Source of the DNA: Candidatus Doudnabacteria bacterium
Lineage (GTDB): Bacteria; Patescibacteriota; Doudnabacteria; UBA920
Reading direction: 5' to 3'
DNA length: 64,000 nucleotides
NCBI GenBank assembly: GCA_963768175.1
Contig: CAVYGQ010000002.1
Coordinates: 7,270 to 71,269, forward strand
The notes below the pieces were generated by a model that saw nothing but the letters and a program-made list of their open reading frames with translations, did no database searches and was not told where the DNA came from. Each line of letters begins with the position of its first letter. Position 1 is the stretch's first letter. The position numbers were made by a program, and so were the translations under genes. Of the stretch, positions 1 through 10,176 are shown piece after piece.

Positions 1-206
1 AGCAAAAAGGCATTAAATACATCTTTTTTGAAAGTTTGGTAAGCCCCAAACTCGCCCAAACCGTCGCCAATGAAATCGGCGCCAAGACTTTGGAGTTAAA
101 CCCCATTGAAGGTTTTACCGACGAGGAAATAGCCGCCGGGAAAAATTACATCAGCCAAATGAAAACTAACTTGGCCAATTTAAGAATTGCCCTTTTATGC
201 CAATAG
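1..206 (+). CDS. znuA: C-terminal fragment of metal ABC transporter substrate-binding protein (ZnuA/TroA family); 5' end is outside the window
   Basis: In-frame translation ...IKYIFFESLVSPKLAQTVANEIGAKTLELNPIEGF... is typical of the ZnuA C-terminus. Stop TAG at 204-206 overlaps the ATG of the next gene. Confidence 0.55.
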   Translation, partial: QKGIKYIFFESLVSPKLAQTVANEIGAKTLELNPIEGFTDEEIAAGKNYISQMKTNLANLRIALLCQ

Positions 207-952
207 AAAACCCGCTTATTGAAGTTTCGGACATAAGTTTTGCTTACAACGGCAATACCGTATTAGAGCATGTCAGTTTTAATATTGAGCCGGGGGATTA
301 CGTGGGCATAGTGGGACCCAATGGCGGAGGCAAAACCACCTTGCTTAAACTTTTGGTCGGGCTATTGCCGCCCCAATCCGGGAGCATAAAAATTTCCGGT
401 ATCCCAATAGAAAAATTCCAAGATAAATTTCAAATCGGCTATGTGCCGCAAAGGTCGGGGCAGGAAAACATAACTTTTCCGGCCACAGTTTATGAAGTTG
501 TGGAAAGCGGTTTGACGGCTAAAACTAAATTATTCAACCGGCTTACATCCCAAGACAGGCAGGCTATTGATAAGGCCCTGGCGACAGCGGACATTAAGGG
601 ATTAAAAGATAAACTCATTGGCAAGCTTTCGGGCGGGCAGAGGCAAAGGGTCTTCGTGGCCAGGGCTTTGGCTGCGCAGCCGAAAATTTTGATTCTGGAC
701 GAGCCGTTTGTCGGTATTGATGTGACAGCGCAAAAAGACTTTTATGCATTTTTAAAGGAACTTAATCAAAAAGAAAATTTAACCATCATGTTTGTCTCCC
801 ATGATATAGATATGATTACCGAAGAGGTTAAGTCTATTTTGTGCCTTAACCGCGGCCTTTTTTGTCTGGATAAGCCGGAATTGCTCCACGAGGGTAATAC
901 GATAGAAAGACTTTACGGTAAAAAGATCACCCATATTCACCATTCCCATTAA
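197..952 (+). CDS. znuC: zinc/manganese ABC transporter ATP-binding protein
   Basis: Walker A GPNGGGKTT, ABC signature LSGGQRQRV, Walker B ILDEP. Start overlaps the znuA stop. Confidence 0.85.
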   Translation: MPIENPLIEVSDISFAYNGNTVLEHVSFNIEPGDYVGIVGPNGGGKTTLLKLLVGLLPPQSGSIKISGIPIEKFQDKFQIGYVPQRSGQENITFPATVYEVVESGLTAKTKLFNRLTSQDRQAIDKALATADIKGLKDKLIGKLSGGQRQRVFVARALAAQPKILILDEPFVGIDVTAQKDFYAFLKELNQKENLTIMFVSHDIDMITEEVKSILCLNRGLFCLDKPELLHEGNTIERLYGKKITHIHHSH

Positions 953-956
953 TTTT

Positions 957-1751
957 ATGCTGGAAATATTCCAATACGATTTTATGATTAGAGCTTTCGC
1001 CGCCGGTTTGATTATCGGCGTCCTTGCCCCGATTGTCGGGATTTTTTTGGTGGTGAAGCGCTATTCGCTTTTGGCCGATACCCTTTCCCATGTTTCTTTG
1101 GTTGGCGTGGCGGCGGGGGTTTTGTTAAACTTTAATCCGATTTTTGGGGCCTTAATTGTTTCCATAGTAGCCGCTTTTGGCATGGAAAGACTGCGGGAAA
1201 AAAGACAGTTATTCGGGGAATCGGTTTTGGCTTTATTTCTTTCCGGGAGCCTGGCCATCGCTTTGATACTATTGGGGCTGTCGCATGGTTTGAACGTAAA
1301 CATTTTTTCTTATTTGTTCGGCAGCATTACTACAGTTTCTGCGGGCGATTTGTTTATGATCGGCAGTTTTGGCGCTTTGGTCATATTTGCCGCTTTTATT
1401 TTGTTTAAAAAGTTCTTCCTGGTGTCTTTTGATGAAGAGTTGGCCAAGGCCAACGGCTTGCCGGTAAGCGCCTTAAATATCAGCCTGATGGTTTTAGCGG
1501 CAATTGCCGTGGCTCTAAGCATGCGCGTGGTCGGCGTACTATTAATTGGCGCCTTAATGGTCATTCCGGTTTTAACCGCAGTCCAGCTGGGTAAAAGTTT
1601 TACAAAAACACTGTCATTGGCCCTCGCGGCCTCTTTAATTTCTGTAATCGCGGGCCTGTTCCTGTCTTTTTACCTAAACCTGCCCAGCGGTGCGGCAGTT
1701 GTCGCTTGCGCCCTGATTTTATTCGGTTTGAGCTTATTTAAGAAAAGGTAA
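957..1751 (+). CDS. znuB: metal ABC transporter permease (ABC-3 family)
   Basis: Polytopic hydrophobic protein immediately after znuC; operon context. Confidence 0.8.
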   Translation: MLEIFQYDFMIRAFAAGLIIGVLAPIVGIFLVVKRYSLLADTLSHVSLVGVAAGVLLNFNPIFGALIVSIVAAFGMERLREKRQLFGESVLALFLSGSLAIALILLGLSHGLNVNIFSYLFGSITTVSAGDLFMIGSFGALVIFAAFILFKKFFLVSFDEELAKANGLPVSALNISLMVLAAIAVALSMRVVGVLLIGALMVIPVLTAVQLGKSFTKTLSLALAASLISVIAGLFLSFYLNLPSGAAVVACALILFGLSLFKKR

Positions 1752-1813
1752 AAAGATAAAAGTAACTACCGGTTGACTGTTATAGAAAAATTCTTTTAAA
1801 TAGATATATACGC

Positions 1814-2026
1814 ATTGTATATTTACAATCCGCGGTATGGAAAGAAGGCAGGTTTTTTGTTGCCCAGTGTTTAAACGTGGATGTTTCTAGCTTTGGTAAA
1901 ACAAAAAAAGAAGCCTTAAAAAATTTACAGGAAGCCTTAGAGCTTTATTTTGAAGATACGAAGCTTGGGAAAATAACCCAAGTAAAAAACCCCGAATTTA
2001 CAAAATTGTCCATAGCTTATGCCTAA
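1814..2026 (+). CDS. HicB-like antitoxin family protein (UPF0150/COG1598 fold); start codon unclear, possible frameshift at a T6 run
   Basis: The frame gives ...YLQSAVWKEGRFFVAQCLNVDVSSFGKTKKEALKNLQEALELYFED..., matching the Y..V.KEG..FVA..PEL.GC..G.T.EEAL.N.KEA.ELY.E pattern of HicB-like proteins. There is no canonical start in this frame. ATG 1837 is in another frame and would join via the T6 run at 1853-1858. Confidence 0.4.
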   Translation: MVYLQSAVWKEGRFFVAQCLNVDVSSFGKTKKEALKNLQEALELYFEDTKLGKITQVKNPEFTKLSIAYA

Positions 2027-2062
2027 GCTACATTCCTCGCGTGAAATCATCAAAGTCCTGGA

Positions 2063-2104
2063 AAGCCCTGCCCTGTCGGATGACGGGGCGGGGCTTTGTT
2101 TTTT
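2063..2104 (+). terminator. rho-independent terminator hairpin (stem CCCTGCCCTGTC / GACGGGGCGGGG, loop GGAT) followed by a T-run
   Basis: GC-rich inverted repeat followed by TTTGTTTTTT, seen directly. Confidence 0.6.
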
Positions 2105-2177
2105 ATACTGAATTAATCAGGATTTTTGAAGATGTGTCATAATGGGGGCAAAAGAATTAACCTAAAGAAACAAAAAA

Positions 2178-3197
2178 ATGGAAAATCCAAATAATGAAGT
2201 TTTGCCTCCGTCTCAACCTGAACAGCTGTCGCCACAGTCTGTTCAGTTGGCACCAACCAAAAAATGGTATGCCGATAAAGCCGTAATGGCCATGCTTATT
2301 TTGGTGATTTTAGCCGCTTCATCGCTCGCAGCGTATTTTATTCTCAACCAGCCTCAAAATTTAGGGCCAGTAGTAGTTAGCCACCACAAAGCAAGTGAAC
2401 AAACCTCAAATAATAAAGCAGAGTTAACAGGCACAACGCCACCTGCAAACTCAATAGCCACCGCAAGTCCTGTAGTAGTATCTACTAGTTCTCCGCCAAC
2501 GACAGACGTAAATAATTGCGCAACTTCCGCAAACCAGGCACCTTGTTACGCAAATCAGGCGAAAGCACAAAAAAATCCAGCGATTTGCAAATTAGCCTCA
2601 TCGCAAGCGTTTACGGATATTTGCTATTATTATGTAGCCACGGGTACAAAAAATATACAGTTGTGTTCTCAAATACAGACACAGAATAAGAAAGACGGTT
2701 GCTATCTTTCTTTTGCTGCTACAAATAATGATGCTAAATTATGTTCTATGATTGTGACCCAAGCAGTGCATCAACAGTGCTTAGCTCTATTTCAGCCTAC
2801 AGTCGATACCACTCCCGTTTCAACATGGCTTAGTATGGACTTAGATAGCACAATTCTTACTGGCACGCCTGGTGAATCGGTAGAAATCACGGGTCAGATG
2901 CAGAACACCGCTACCAACACTCTTTATTTAAATGGCATGACCGGCAGTGTCGTGAGTGTGCTTAATGACCCAAGTAATAAAGGCGCCGATTTAACCCTTG
3001 ACCCAACTGATTTTTTTAGTTTAGTGCCCCCAAGTTTTCAACCGGGACAAAGCTATCAAGGTCCAATATTTTCAGTCCAAATTAGCAATAACGCAAAACC
3101 GGGAACTTATATATTTGGCTATACTCTCCAGGGAGGCAAAACGGAAAAAGATAATGAACAATTGCGAAGTGAGGAAATTTCAATTCAGGTTAAATAG
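2178..3197 (+). CDS. membrane-anchored secreted Cys-rich hypothetical protein
   Basis: N-terminal TM helix, then a long Ser/Thr/Cys-rich ectodomain. No recognisable family. Confidence 0.45.
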   Translation: MENPNNEVLPPSQPEQLSPQSVQLAPTKKWYADKAVMAMLILVILAASSLAAYFILNQPQNLGPVVVSHHKASEQTSNNKAELTGTTPPANSIATASPVVVSTSSPPTTDVNNCATSANQAPCYANQAKAQKNPAICKLASSQAFTDICYYYVATGTKNIQLCSQIQTQNKKDGCYLSFAATNNDAKLCSMIVTQAVHQQCLALFQPTVDTTPVSTWLSMDLDSTILTGTPGESVEITGQMQNTATNTLYLNGMTGSVVSVLNDPSNKGADLTLDPTDFFSLVPPSFQPGQSYQGPIFSVQISNNAKPGTYIFGYTLQGGKTEKDNEQLRSEEISIQVK

Positions 3198-3314
3198 TTT
3201 TTTAGAAAACAAGCGATTTGCCCCTCGACAAGCTCGGGACAAATTTTCCAAAATGGGATTTTGGAAGATTTGCTATTTTTTCCGCTTTAGTGTATAATCC
3301 TTTTATCATCTTAA

Positions 3315-3384
3315 GTTCACCCAGTTAAATAATCCAGCCGCAGGCTGGATTCCCGCTTCGCGGGATTTAACAGGGTAAAAGTGT
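3315..3384. repeat. structured palindromic element family A, copy 1 (outer stem ACCCAGTTAAAT/ATTTAACAGGGT enclosing two small hairpins)
   Basis: Outer 12-bp inverted repeat plus inner hairpins CCAGCCGCAGGCTGG and CCCGCTTCGCGGG. Related copies at 3454 and 55196. Confidence 0.7.
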
Positions 3385-3453
3385 TAGGCTTCGTGAAGAG
3401 TTCATCTCAAAGCGGGTTTAATAAGTAGAGCTTTATTTAAATAGTTAGTAAGA

Positions 3454-3523
3454 GTTCACCCTGTTAAATCTTCCCGACAAAGTCGGGAAGGCCGCAAAGC
3501 GGCATTTAACAGGGTAAAGGTGA
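3454..3523. repeat. structured palindromic element family A, copy 2
   Basis: Same outer stem ACCCTGTTAAAT/ATTTAACAGGGT. Different inner hairpins CTTCCCGACAAAGTCGGGAAG and GCCGCAAAGCGGC. Confidence 0.7.
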
Positions 3524-3548
3524 GGCTCTTATAGAAAGCCTATTAAAA

Positions 3549-3899
3549 ATGGCTAAGAAACTTTTTGTCGGCGGTATCCCCTGGGCTACCACTTCCGACG
3601 ACCTTCAGCAATTATTCAGCCAGCACGGCACTGTGGCTTCGGCTACCGTGATTACCGATAAAATGACTGGCCGAAGCAGAGGTTTTGGATTCGTAGAATT
3701 CGAAAATGACGCTGAAGCAGACGCCGCGATAGCGGCTTTAAATAATTCCGACTACAACGGCCGGACCTTGGTGGTCAAGGAAGCAAGACCGTTGGAAGAT
3801 CGCCCCAAGAGAAGCTTTGGCGACCGCGGTGGACGCGGCGGTTATGGTGGCGGTAACAATGGTGGCGGTTACGGCGGCGGCAGAAACGACCGCTACTAA
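3549..3899 (+). CDS. RRM-domain RNA-binding protein with Gly-rich RGG/GGY tail
   Basis: RNP-2 LFVGGI and RNP-1 RGFGFVEF motifs. C-terminal GGRGGYGGGNNGGGYGGG. Confidence 0.85.
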   Translation: MAKKLFVGGIPWATTSDDLQQLFSQHGTVASATVITDKMTGRSRGFGFVEFENDAEADAAIAALNNSDYNGRTLVVKEARPLEDRPKRSFGDRGGRGGYGGGNNGGGYGGGRNDRY

Positions 3900-3929
3900 G
3901 CCCCGATAAAATCTTTTTGTGATTTTGAA

Positions 3930-3970
3930 CTTCCCCCTTTTCCGCCGACTGGCGGAGGGGGAGTTTTTTA
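3930..3970 (+). terminator. rho-independent terminator (CTCCCCC...GGGGGAG hairpin plus T-run)
   Basis: Inverted repeat CTTCCCCCTTTTCCGCC/GGCGGAGGGGGAG followed by TTTTTTATT. Confidence 0.6.
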
Positions 3971-3974
3971 TTAG

Positions 3975-4076
3975 CGAAGAGCGGCGTCATCCTGAACGGA
4001 GTGAAGGATCTTTTATTACTTGACTTGTTTGAGATTCTTCGGTCGGTTGCTACTGCCTCAGAATGACGCCGAGTGA
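3975..4076. repeat. palindromic element family B (GGCGTCATCCTGAACG-AGTGAAGGATC ... CAGAATGACGCC)
   Basis: Long imperfect inverted repeat. Related copies at 53749, 59479 and 59920. Confidence 0.6.
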
Positions 4077-4116
4077 AGTAATTTTCCGATTTCCGATTTT
4101 CTGATATACTGCTTTT

Positions 4117-4527
4117 ATGTACAGAAAACATAAACATGACATAATTGTTATTTTAGCCGTCTTGGGTTTTGGCATTAGTTTGTATTTGGCCTTCGCCCAC
4201 TATTTGGGCTACACGGTTCCCTGCGACGCTACCCATGGCTGTGAGACAGTCCTAAACAGCAAATATTCGATACTTTTTGGTTTGCCTTTGGCGGTATGGG
4301 GGGTGGGTTACTTTATTGCGGTAATTATATCCGCGCTTTTGGCTAATAGTTATTCGTTGTGGAAAAAAATTTTGACCGGCCTTTTGGGCTTGGGAGCTTT
4401 GGCCGCTTTGGTCTTTTTGTCCCTGCAGTTTTTTGTTATCAAGAAAATTTGCCAGTATTGTCTGACCGCAGATCTGCTAAGCGTATTGCTGTTTATTATG
4501 GATATAAATATTGAACATAGGCTTTAG
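4117..4527 (+). CDS. vitamin K epoxide reductase (VKOR) family membrane protein
   Basis: Loop Cys pair CDATHGC, C-terminal CQYC active-site motif, multiple TM helices. Confidence 0.65.
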   Translation: MYRKHKHDIIVILAVLGFGISLYLAFAHYLGYTVPCDATHGCETVLNSKYSILFGLPLAVWGVGYFIAVIISALLANSYSLWKKILTGLLGLGALAALVFLSLQFFVIKKICQYCLTADLLSVLLFIMDINIEHRL

Positions 4528-4823
4528 CGGTTGTTTCGGTCCCTCCCCTTATTTTAAGGGGGGGTTAGGAGGGGATATTACCATCAGGTTTTAATATCAC
4601 CCCCGCCTGCCTACGCCTATTAATGGAGTTTAAGTGGATATTGAAAATTTATATAGTTATCAATATCCATCAGCCTTTCAAAAATAGGCATGGCGGGCAG
4701 GCCTAGCCCCCTCTTATGAATAAGAGGGGGAATATAGTTTTGCGTTTTAGCCTAAACTATGCTATACTTTTATAAATAGGTTTAGTATTCAAAGGACATA
4801 AAAATCAAACTTAATAAAGATAT

Positions 4824-5147
4824 ATGAATTTTGGGGATTTGACGACTTATTTATGGCTGGTGTTAGCCATTTTAGGTATTGGCAGCATCTATTTAATAGT
4901 TGAAGGTTACAGAGTCCACAAACTTTTTGCCGAATCCATAGTCGGCAAACTGATTAAAGCTTTGGTGGTAGTTTTTTTGATAGAACTATATTCCTTAGGA
5001 GTCGTTAGCTACGCTTTCCTTTTCTTTTATCCAAAAGGAGCGGTTGTCCTTTTGCCGATTGTGCTGCTTTGTATAGTGAGTTTAATTTTTGGAGTTTTTG
5101 CCGTTCGTTCAGCTAAAAAAGAAGTAACCAGTTTGGTTAATAAATAA
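4824..5147 (+). CDS. hypothetical membrane protein
   Basis: Three predicted TM helices. No recognisable family. Confidence 0.35.
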   Translation: MNFGDLTTYLWLVLAILGIGSIYLIVEGYRVHKLFAESIVGKLIKALVVVFLIELYSLGVVSYAFLFFYPKGAVVLLPIVLLCIVSLIFGVFAVRSAKKEVTSLVNK

Positions 5148-5467
5148 CAATTTTCGCTAAAGGCAGAGTCGCCTGCGGCGGAAAAGTAATATAGAAAACA
5201 AAATATGCCTACTCCCAACAGCCAACCCCCGGTAAATAACTACGACTCCAGATGGTTTATTTGGACCATTGTTTTTTTGGTCGTAACCGGTATTTCTTTG
5301 GTTAGCTATATTACCTTAAGCGGTACTGGGGATAACGATTCAGTAACTCCAACAGTGGTTACTCACCACGCAGTTCATCTTAAGTAATTTTGGTTTAACC
5401 TAAATTTTTTAAAGCTCGGCCCACGGTTTGTTGGGGCGGAGTTTTAAAAATTTATTGAGATTTTTAC

Positions 5468-5496
5468 TTGCAAAAAAAGCCAAGATGTGCTATAAT
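5468..5496 (+). promoter_or_regulatory. near-consensus sigma70-type promoter TTGCAA-N17-TATAAT
   Basis: TTGCAA at 5468-5473, a 17-nt spacer, TATAAT at 5491-5496. About 170 nt upstream of the CAP-domain gene. Confidence 0.5.
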
Positions 5497-5661
5497 ATAT
5501 AGAGAAATCAAATTTTCCAGTCAAAATAATTGGAAAATTTTCATTTTTTAGAAATCAAAACCAAAAACAACTGTAGATACACAGACAGCAGCAGATAATA
5601 CAAATAAACGCTTAAGCGTAATCTGTTTTTCGTTTGTGTATTGCCGCAAACAAAAATAAAA

Positions 5662-6966
5662 ATGGAGTATGTTTTAAATGCTATCGGCTTGCAGTCGCCC
5701 AGCTTTAGGAGAGCTTTTTCCCCTTTGGCTGATTTTGGGCGGCATTTGTACGACCATTTTATACCGCACGCGCGGAATAACTATCATCCGCATGTTTTAG
5801 GCCACAGAAGTTTGGCTTTAATGTCGGGACTTTTAGTTACCGTTAAAATTTTTACCCTAGCGCTGCTTTCCTTTGGCCCTGTGCTGCCCGCGTTTTCCGA
5901 AGCAATTACCGCGGGCAATATTATAACGCTTACCAACGCATCGCGCCAGGAATTTTCCGTTGCGTCTTTAACCGAAAATCAAATTTTAGATAAAGCGGCC
6001 CAGGCCAAAGCCGACGATATGTTGGCTAAAGGTTATTTTGCCCACAATTCTCCGGACGGGCGCACGCCTTGGGATTTTATTACCTCCGCCGGCTACAGTT
6101 ATTTAGTGGCTGGGGAAAATTTGGCTGTGAATTTTACCGAAGCCGAAAGTGTGGAAACCGCCTGGATGAACAGCCCTGGGCACAAAGCCAATATTTTAAA
6201 TAAAGATTTTCAGGATATCGGTATTGGCGTTTCCCAGGGCACTTATCAAGGGCATGACGCAATTTTTGTAGTCCAGGAATTTGGCAGGCCCGCTGCCCAG
6301 CAGATAACCCTGTCTAACAAGCCGACTCAGGTTCAGACTGCTTCCGTTCCCGCGCCGGCTATGGCGCCTGCGTTAGCTCAAGTAAAAAGCGCAAGTGTAC
6401 CGACCACACAATTGCCGGCAACCAACCCGGCCCAAATACAAACATCGCCGGTTGCCCAGGTACAGCCGCCTGCGCCGGTTGCCATAGAAGACGGCAATAT
6501 CCAGCTGGTGGGGGATAACGTACAAATTAACGCCCAAGTCAGCGGGCCGGCGGTAAAAGTCTTGGCTTTTTTCGGCCAGCAGGCAATTATGCTTTCGCCT
6601 AAGGACCAGACAACCTGGACCGGACAGGCGGAAGCTGCTGACTTGGCTCAAACCGATACCACGGTTAAGCTTCAGGCCACTGGTATGCAGGGGCAGACCA
6701 GCCAGCTGCAACTTGCGGATTTTTCCCTGGACACCCAGGCTAACTATAATTTATCCGCCAGTACGCCCCAGACATATGTGACTTTTATGGGGCAGACTTT
6801 TAACCCAAATGTTTACGAAACCCATTTTTATCTTCTATTTATGGCAGGCTTGCTTACTAGCCTGATTTTGGCCATAGCCGTAAAGCGCCACATCCAGCAT
6901 TTATCTCTAATTGCCAACAGCAGTTTTGTGATAATCTTCGCCGCCCTGCTTTTGTGGGCGGGATGA
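5662..6966 (+). CDS. CAP/SCP (PR-1-like) domain secreted protein with C-terminal membrane anchor; start uncertain (ORF opens at 5641)
   Basis: CAP-domain signature ...GYFAHNSPDGRTPWDFI...ENLAVNF...AWMNSPGHKANIL... Pro/Gln-rich linker and C-terminal TM. Confidence 0.65.
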   Translation: MEYVLNAIGLQSPSFRRAFSPLADFGRHLYDHFIPHARNNYHPHVLGHRSLALMSGLLVTVKIFTLALLSFGPVLPAFSEAITAGNIITLTNASRQEFSVASLTENQILDKAAQAKADDMLAKGYFAHNSPDGRTPWDFITSAGYSYLVAGENLAVNFTEAESVETAWMNSPGHKANILNKDFQDIGIGVSQGTYQGHDAIFVVQEFGRPAAQQITLSNKPTQVQTASVPAPAMAPALAQVKSASVPTTQLPATNPAQIQTSPVAQVQPPAPVAIEDGNIQLVGDNVQINAQVSGPAVKVLAFFGQQAIMLSPKDQTTWTGQAEAADLAQTDTTVKLQATGMQGQTSQLQLADFSLDTQANYNLSASTPQTYVTFMGQTFNPNVYETHFYLLFMAGLLTSLILAIAVKRHIQHLSLIANSSFVIIFAALLLWAG

Positions 6967-7073
6967 GGGGGAAGCGATAACAATAATTTATAACGATAAA
7001 AAACTGCCAGAATTGCTTGGCGGTTTTTTGATGCTTATGGTATATTTAAAGGGTAAAATAATTTTTTTAACAA

Positions 7074-8555
7074 ATGGCAAAACAATCAGCAAAACCATCA
7101 AGAGCCGGTAAGGTACTTAAAAAAGTGTTTGCCCCTTACCGCAATTTGGTCGTGGTCGGCGGCAATTGGGGGGACGAAGGCAAAGGGAAAATTATAGATC
7201 TCGTAATGGCGCATTACGACATTACGGTAAGGTTTTCAGGCGGGGCCAATGCCGGGCATACGGTTTATGCTACTAACGGCAAAAAATTAGTCAGCCACCT
7301 TATTCCTTGCGGCTTGGCGCAAAATAAGGAATGCGTAATGGGCCGGGGAGAGCTGGTAGACATTAGGTTATTTTTGGAAGAATTAGCGGCGGCAAAAAAA
7401 GTTTTGGGGAATCGCTTACCTCCTATTCATTTAGATCAAATGTCGCCTTTGTGGACGCCGTGGCACGGTTTGCTTGAGGCTTGGCTGGAATACGTTCGCG
7501 GCAAAGGCAAAGTCGGTACCACTGGCAAGGGCATCGGCCCTTTGGAGGGCTTGTATAAATTGCGCATAGCGCCCTTGGTTGGGCAGATTTTTTTGGAAAG
7601 AAAAAAGTTTATCGGGATTTTAGAGCTTTTATACCAAACTTTGCGCCCGATATTTAAGGAGATAAAAGCCAAACATATTGTTGGTGGCTCTATCCCAACA
7701 CCGGCAGAGGTGGCTGATCAGCTTCGGGCGTATGCGCCAAAAATTAAGCCTTATGCAGCGGATACTTCTTTTGTGCTTCATCAGGCAGCCGTTAAAAATA
7801 GGCGGATATTATTTGAAGGCGCGCAGGCTTTAGGCTTGGACAGCCGCTTTGGCACGTATCCATTTGTTTCTTCGGGCAACTCGGCGGCCTTTGGCGCGGC
7901 CGAGGGGACGGGGCTGCCTATGCAAAGTTTTGATGCTACGCTCATGGTGGTAAAGACTCTGCCCACGCGCGTGGGCGCCGGGCCTTTTGTTTCGGAAATG
8001 TGGGCCAGGCAGTCGGCTATGGATTTTGTAAAAAAACACCTGAACCTTTTTACCGATGAAGATTCCCGCGCCGATTTTCTAAAAAAAAGGCTTCAAAAAA
8101 TTAGCGCTGGACAAGCCTCCAACGCCGAACTGTCGCAATATTTTCAAGTCTTGGGCGACGAACGGGGAGCCACCACCGGTCGCGGCAGAAGTGTTGGCTT
8201 TATAGATATTCCGTGGCTTTGTTATGCCGTCAGAGTTAACGGCCCCAAGTGGCTTGCTTTAACCCGTTTTGACATGCTGTCTAAAGTTAAAGATATTCCC
8301 GTGGTTGTTGGTTACCGGCTTAACGGAAAGTTGTTGGCCAAAGGCCAACTGCCGCCGCCTTGGGATATGGACAGAGTTGTCCCAATGTTTGAAAACTGGC
8401 CGGGCTGGAGCGAAAATATTTTCGGCACAAGTAGCGAGGCGACCTTGCCTAAAGGCGCTAAAGATTTTTTAAGGCGTCTGGAAAATCATCTAGACACAGC
8501 CATTTTATTGGTCGGTACCGGACCGGGCAGGCAGGATATTGTGGTTAGGACTTGA
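7074..8555 (+). CDS. purA: adenylosuccinate synthetase
   Basis: N-terminal GNWGDEGKGKIIDL P-loop, GTTGKGIGP and GTRVGAGPF-like motifs. About 45-60 aa longer than typical PurA (internal insertion). Confidence 0.8.
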   Translation: MAKQSAKPSRAGKVLKKVFAPYRNLVVVGGNWGDEGKGKIIDLVMAHYDITVRFSGGANAGHTVYATNGKKLVSHLIPCGLAQNKECVMGRGELVDIRLFLEELAAAKKVLGNRLPPIHLDQMSPLWTPWHGLLEAWLEYVRGKGKVGTTGKGIGPLEGLYKLRIAPLVGQIFLERKKFIGILELLYQTLRPIFKEIKAKHIVGGSIPTPAEVADQLRAYAPKIKPYAADTSFVLHQAAVKNRRILFEGAQALGLDSRFGTYPFVSSGNSAAFGAAEGTGLPMQSFDATLMVVKTLPTRVGAGPFVSEMWARQSAMDFVKKHLNLFTDEDSRADFLKKRLQKISAGQASNAELSQYFQVLGDERGATTGRGRSVGFIDIPWLCYAVRVNGPKWLALTRFDMLSKVKDIPVVVGYRLNGKLLAKGQLPPPWDMDRVVPMFENWPGWSENIFGTSSEATLPKGAKDFLRRLENHLDTAILLVGTGPGRQDIVVRT

Positions 8556-8718
8556 CGCGGAGTGCAATAAAGTGTTACACTCCTTTAAATAATAATGATA
8601 CTGATATACAGATTTATTCGGATGATACGGATAATGCTGATGCGTTTTGTTGTTAGTTATCTGTATTATCCGTATCATCAGTATTCTAATCCGTATATCG
8701 GTATCTTAAAATAAATTT

Positions 8719-10176
8719 ATGAAACCCATAATTGAAGCTCTAACTTTTGACGATGTCTTGCTCAAGCCTGGCTACAGCGAAGTCGTGCCAACGGAAACGC
8801 AAACTAGGACCAGGCTGACCAAAAATATTTCGCTCAACATTCCCATAATGAGTAGCGCTATGGATACGGTTACCGAAAGCGCCCTGGCCATTGCTTTGGC
8901 CCAACAGGGCGGTATCGGCGTGCTCCATAAAAATATGAGCATAGAAGAGCAGTCCGCAGAAGTGGCTGTAGTCAAGCGTTTTGAAAGCGGCATGGTGGTT
9001 GACCCAATAACGCTGTCGCCCGAAGACACTATTGCCGACGCCTTAGAGGTTATGGAAAAACGGAAAATTTCTGGTTTTCCGATTGTTGATAAAAAAAATA
9101 AGCTGGTGGGCATTTTAACCCACCGCGATTTGCAGTTTGAATCGCGCCTGAATTTGCGTGTCAAAGATGTAATGACAAAAAAAGTTATTACCGCTCCAGC
9201 AGGCACAACTTTGGAGCAGGCCAGAAAGATTTTTCAGCAGCACCGCGTAGAAAAACTGCCGGTTGTGGATTCAGGCCACATTTTAAGGGGTTTAATTACG
9301 GTAAAAGATATTAAACAAACCATCCAGCACCCAAATGCCTCAAAAGACCGTTTCGGCCGCCTGCTTAGTGGCGCAGCTATTGGCGCCACGGGGGATTTTT
9401 TCCAACGGGCCGAGGCTTTAGTAAAAGCCAAAGTGGACGTTTTGGTTATAGACACGGCTCATGGCCACACCAAGCGGGTAATTGAGGCCACTAAAAAGAT
9501 TAAGAAAGCTTTCCCAAAAACTGATTTGATGGTTGGCAATGTGGCCACGGCTGAAGGCGCTAAGGCGTTAATAGCCGCTGGAGCCGATGCCATAAAAGTT
9601 GGCATGGGGCCGGGCAGTATTTGCACCACGCGCATAGTTTCAGGCGCGGGTGTGCCGCAAATTAGCGCAATAATGGAGTGTGGCTCCGTTGCAGCTGTGG
9701 CCAAAGTTCCTTTGGTCGCGGACGGCGGCATTAAGTTTTCCGGAGACGTTACCAAGGCTTTGGCCGCTGGCGCGGACTCGGTAATGATCGGCAGCCTTTT
9801 TGCCGGAACCGCTGAAAGCCCCGGCGAGCTGATTTTGTATCAGGGCCGGAGCTTTAAAACTTATCGTGGCATGGGAAGTTTGGGCGCAATGAAAAAGGGA
9901 AGCAAAGACCGTTATGGTCAGGAAAGCGAGATGAACATGCAAAAATTAGTGCCCGAAGGCATAGAAGGTCGGGTGGCTTATAGGGGCCCGCTGGCTAATG
10001 TTGTCAGCCAGCTTGTCGGCGGCCTGCGAGCCGGTATGGGTTATTGCGGGGCAAAAAATATTGCCGAGCTGCACAAAAAAGCGCAGTTCATCCGCATTAC
10101 CAATGCCGAACTCAAAGAGTCCCATGTGCATGATGTGGCTATTACCAAAGAAGCACCGAATTATCATCAGGAATAA
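8719..10176 (+). CDS. guaB: IMP dehydrogenase with CBS pair
   Basis: [13 protein letters not shown] region, and catalytic loop [20 protein letters not shown]. Confidence 0.9.
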   Translation: MKPIIEALTFDDVLLKPGYSEVVPTETQTRTRLTKNISLNIPIMSSAMDTVTESALAIALAQQGGIGVLHKNMSIEEQSAEVAVVKRFESGMVVDPITLSPEDTIADALEVMEKRKISGFPIVDKKNKLVGILTHRDLQFESRLNLRVKDVMTKKVITAPAGTTLEQARKIFQQHRVEKLPVVDSGHILRGLITVKDIKQTIQHPNASKDRFGRLLSGAAIGATGDFFQRAEALVKAKVDVLVIDTAHGHTKRVIEATKKIKKAFPKTDLMVGNVATAEGAKALIAAGADAIKVGMGPGSICTTRIVSGAGVPQISAIMECGSVAAVAKVPLVADGGIKFSGDVTKALAAGADSVMIGSLFAGTAESPGELILYQGRSFKTYRGMGSLGAMKKGSKDRYGQESEMNMQKLVPEGIEGRVAYRGPLANVVSQLVGGLRAGMGYCGAKNIAELHKKAQFIRITNAELKESHVHDVAITKEAPNYHQE

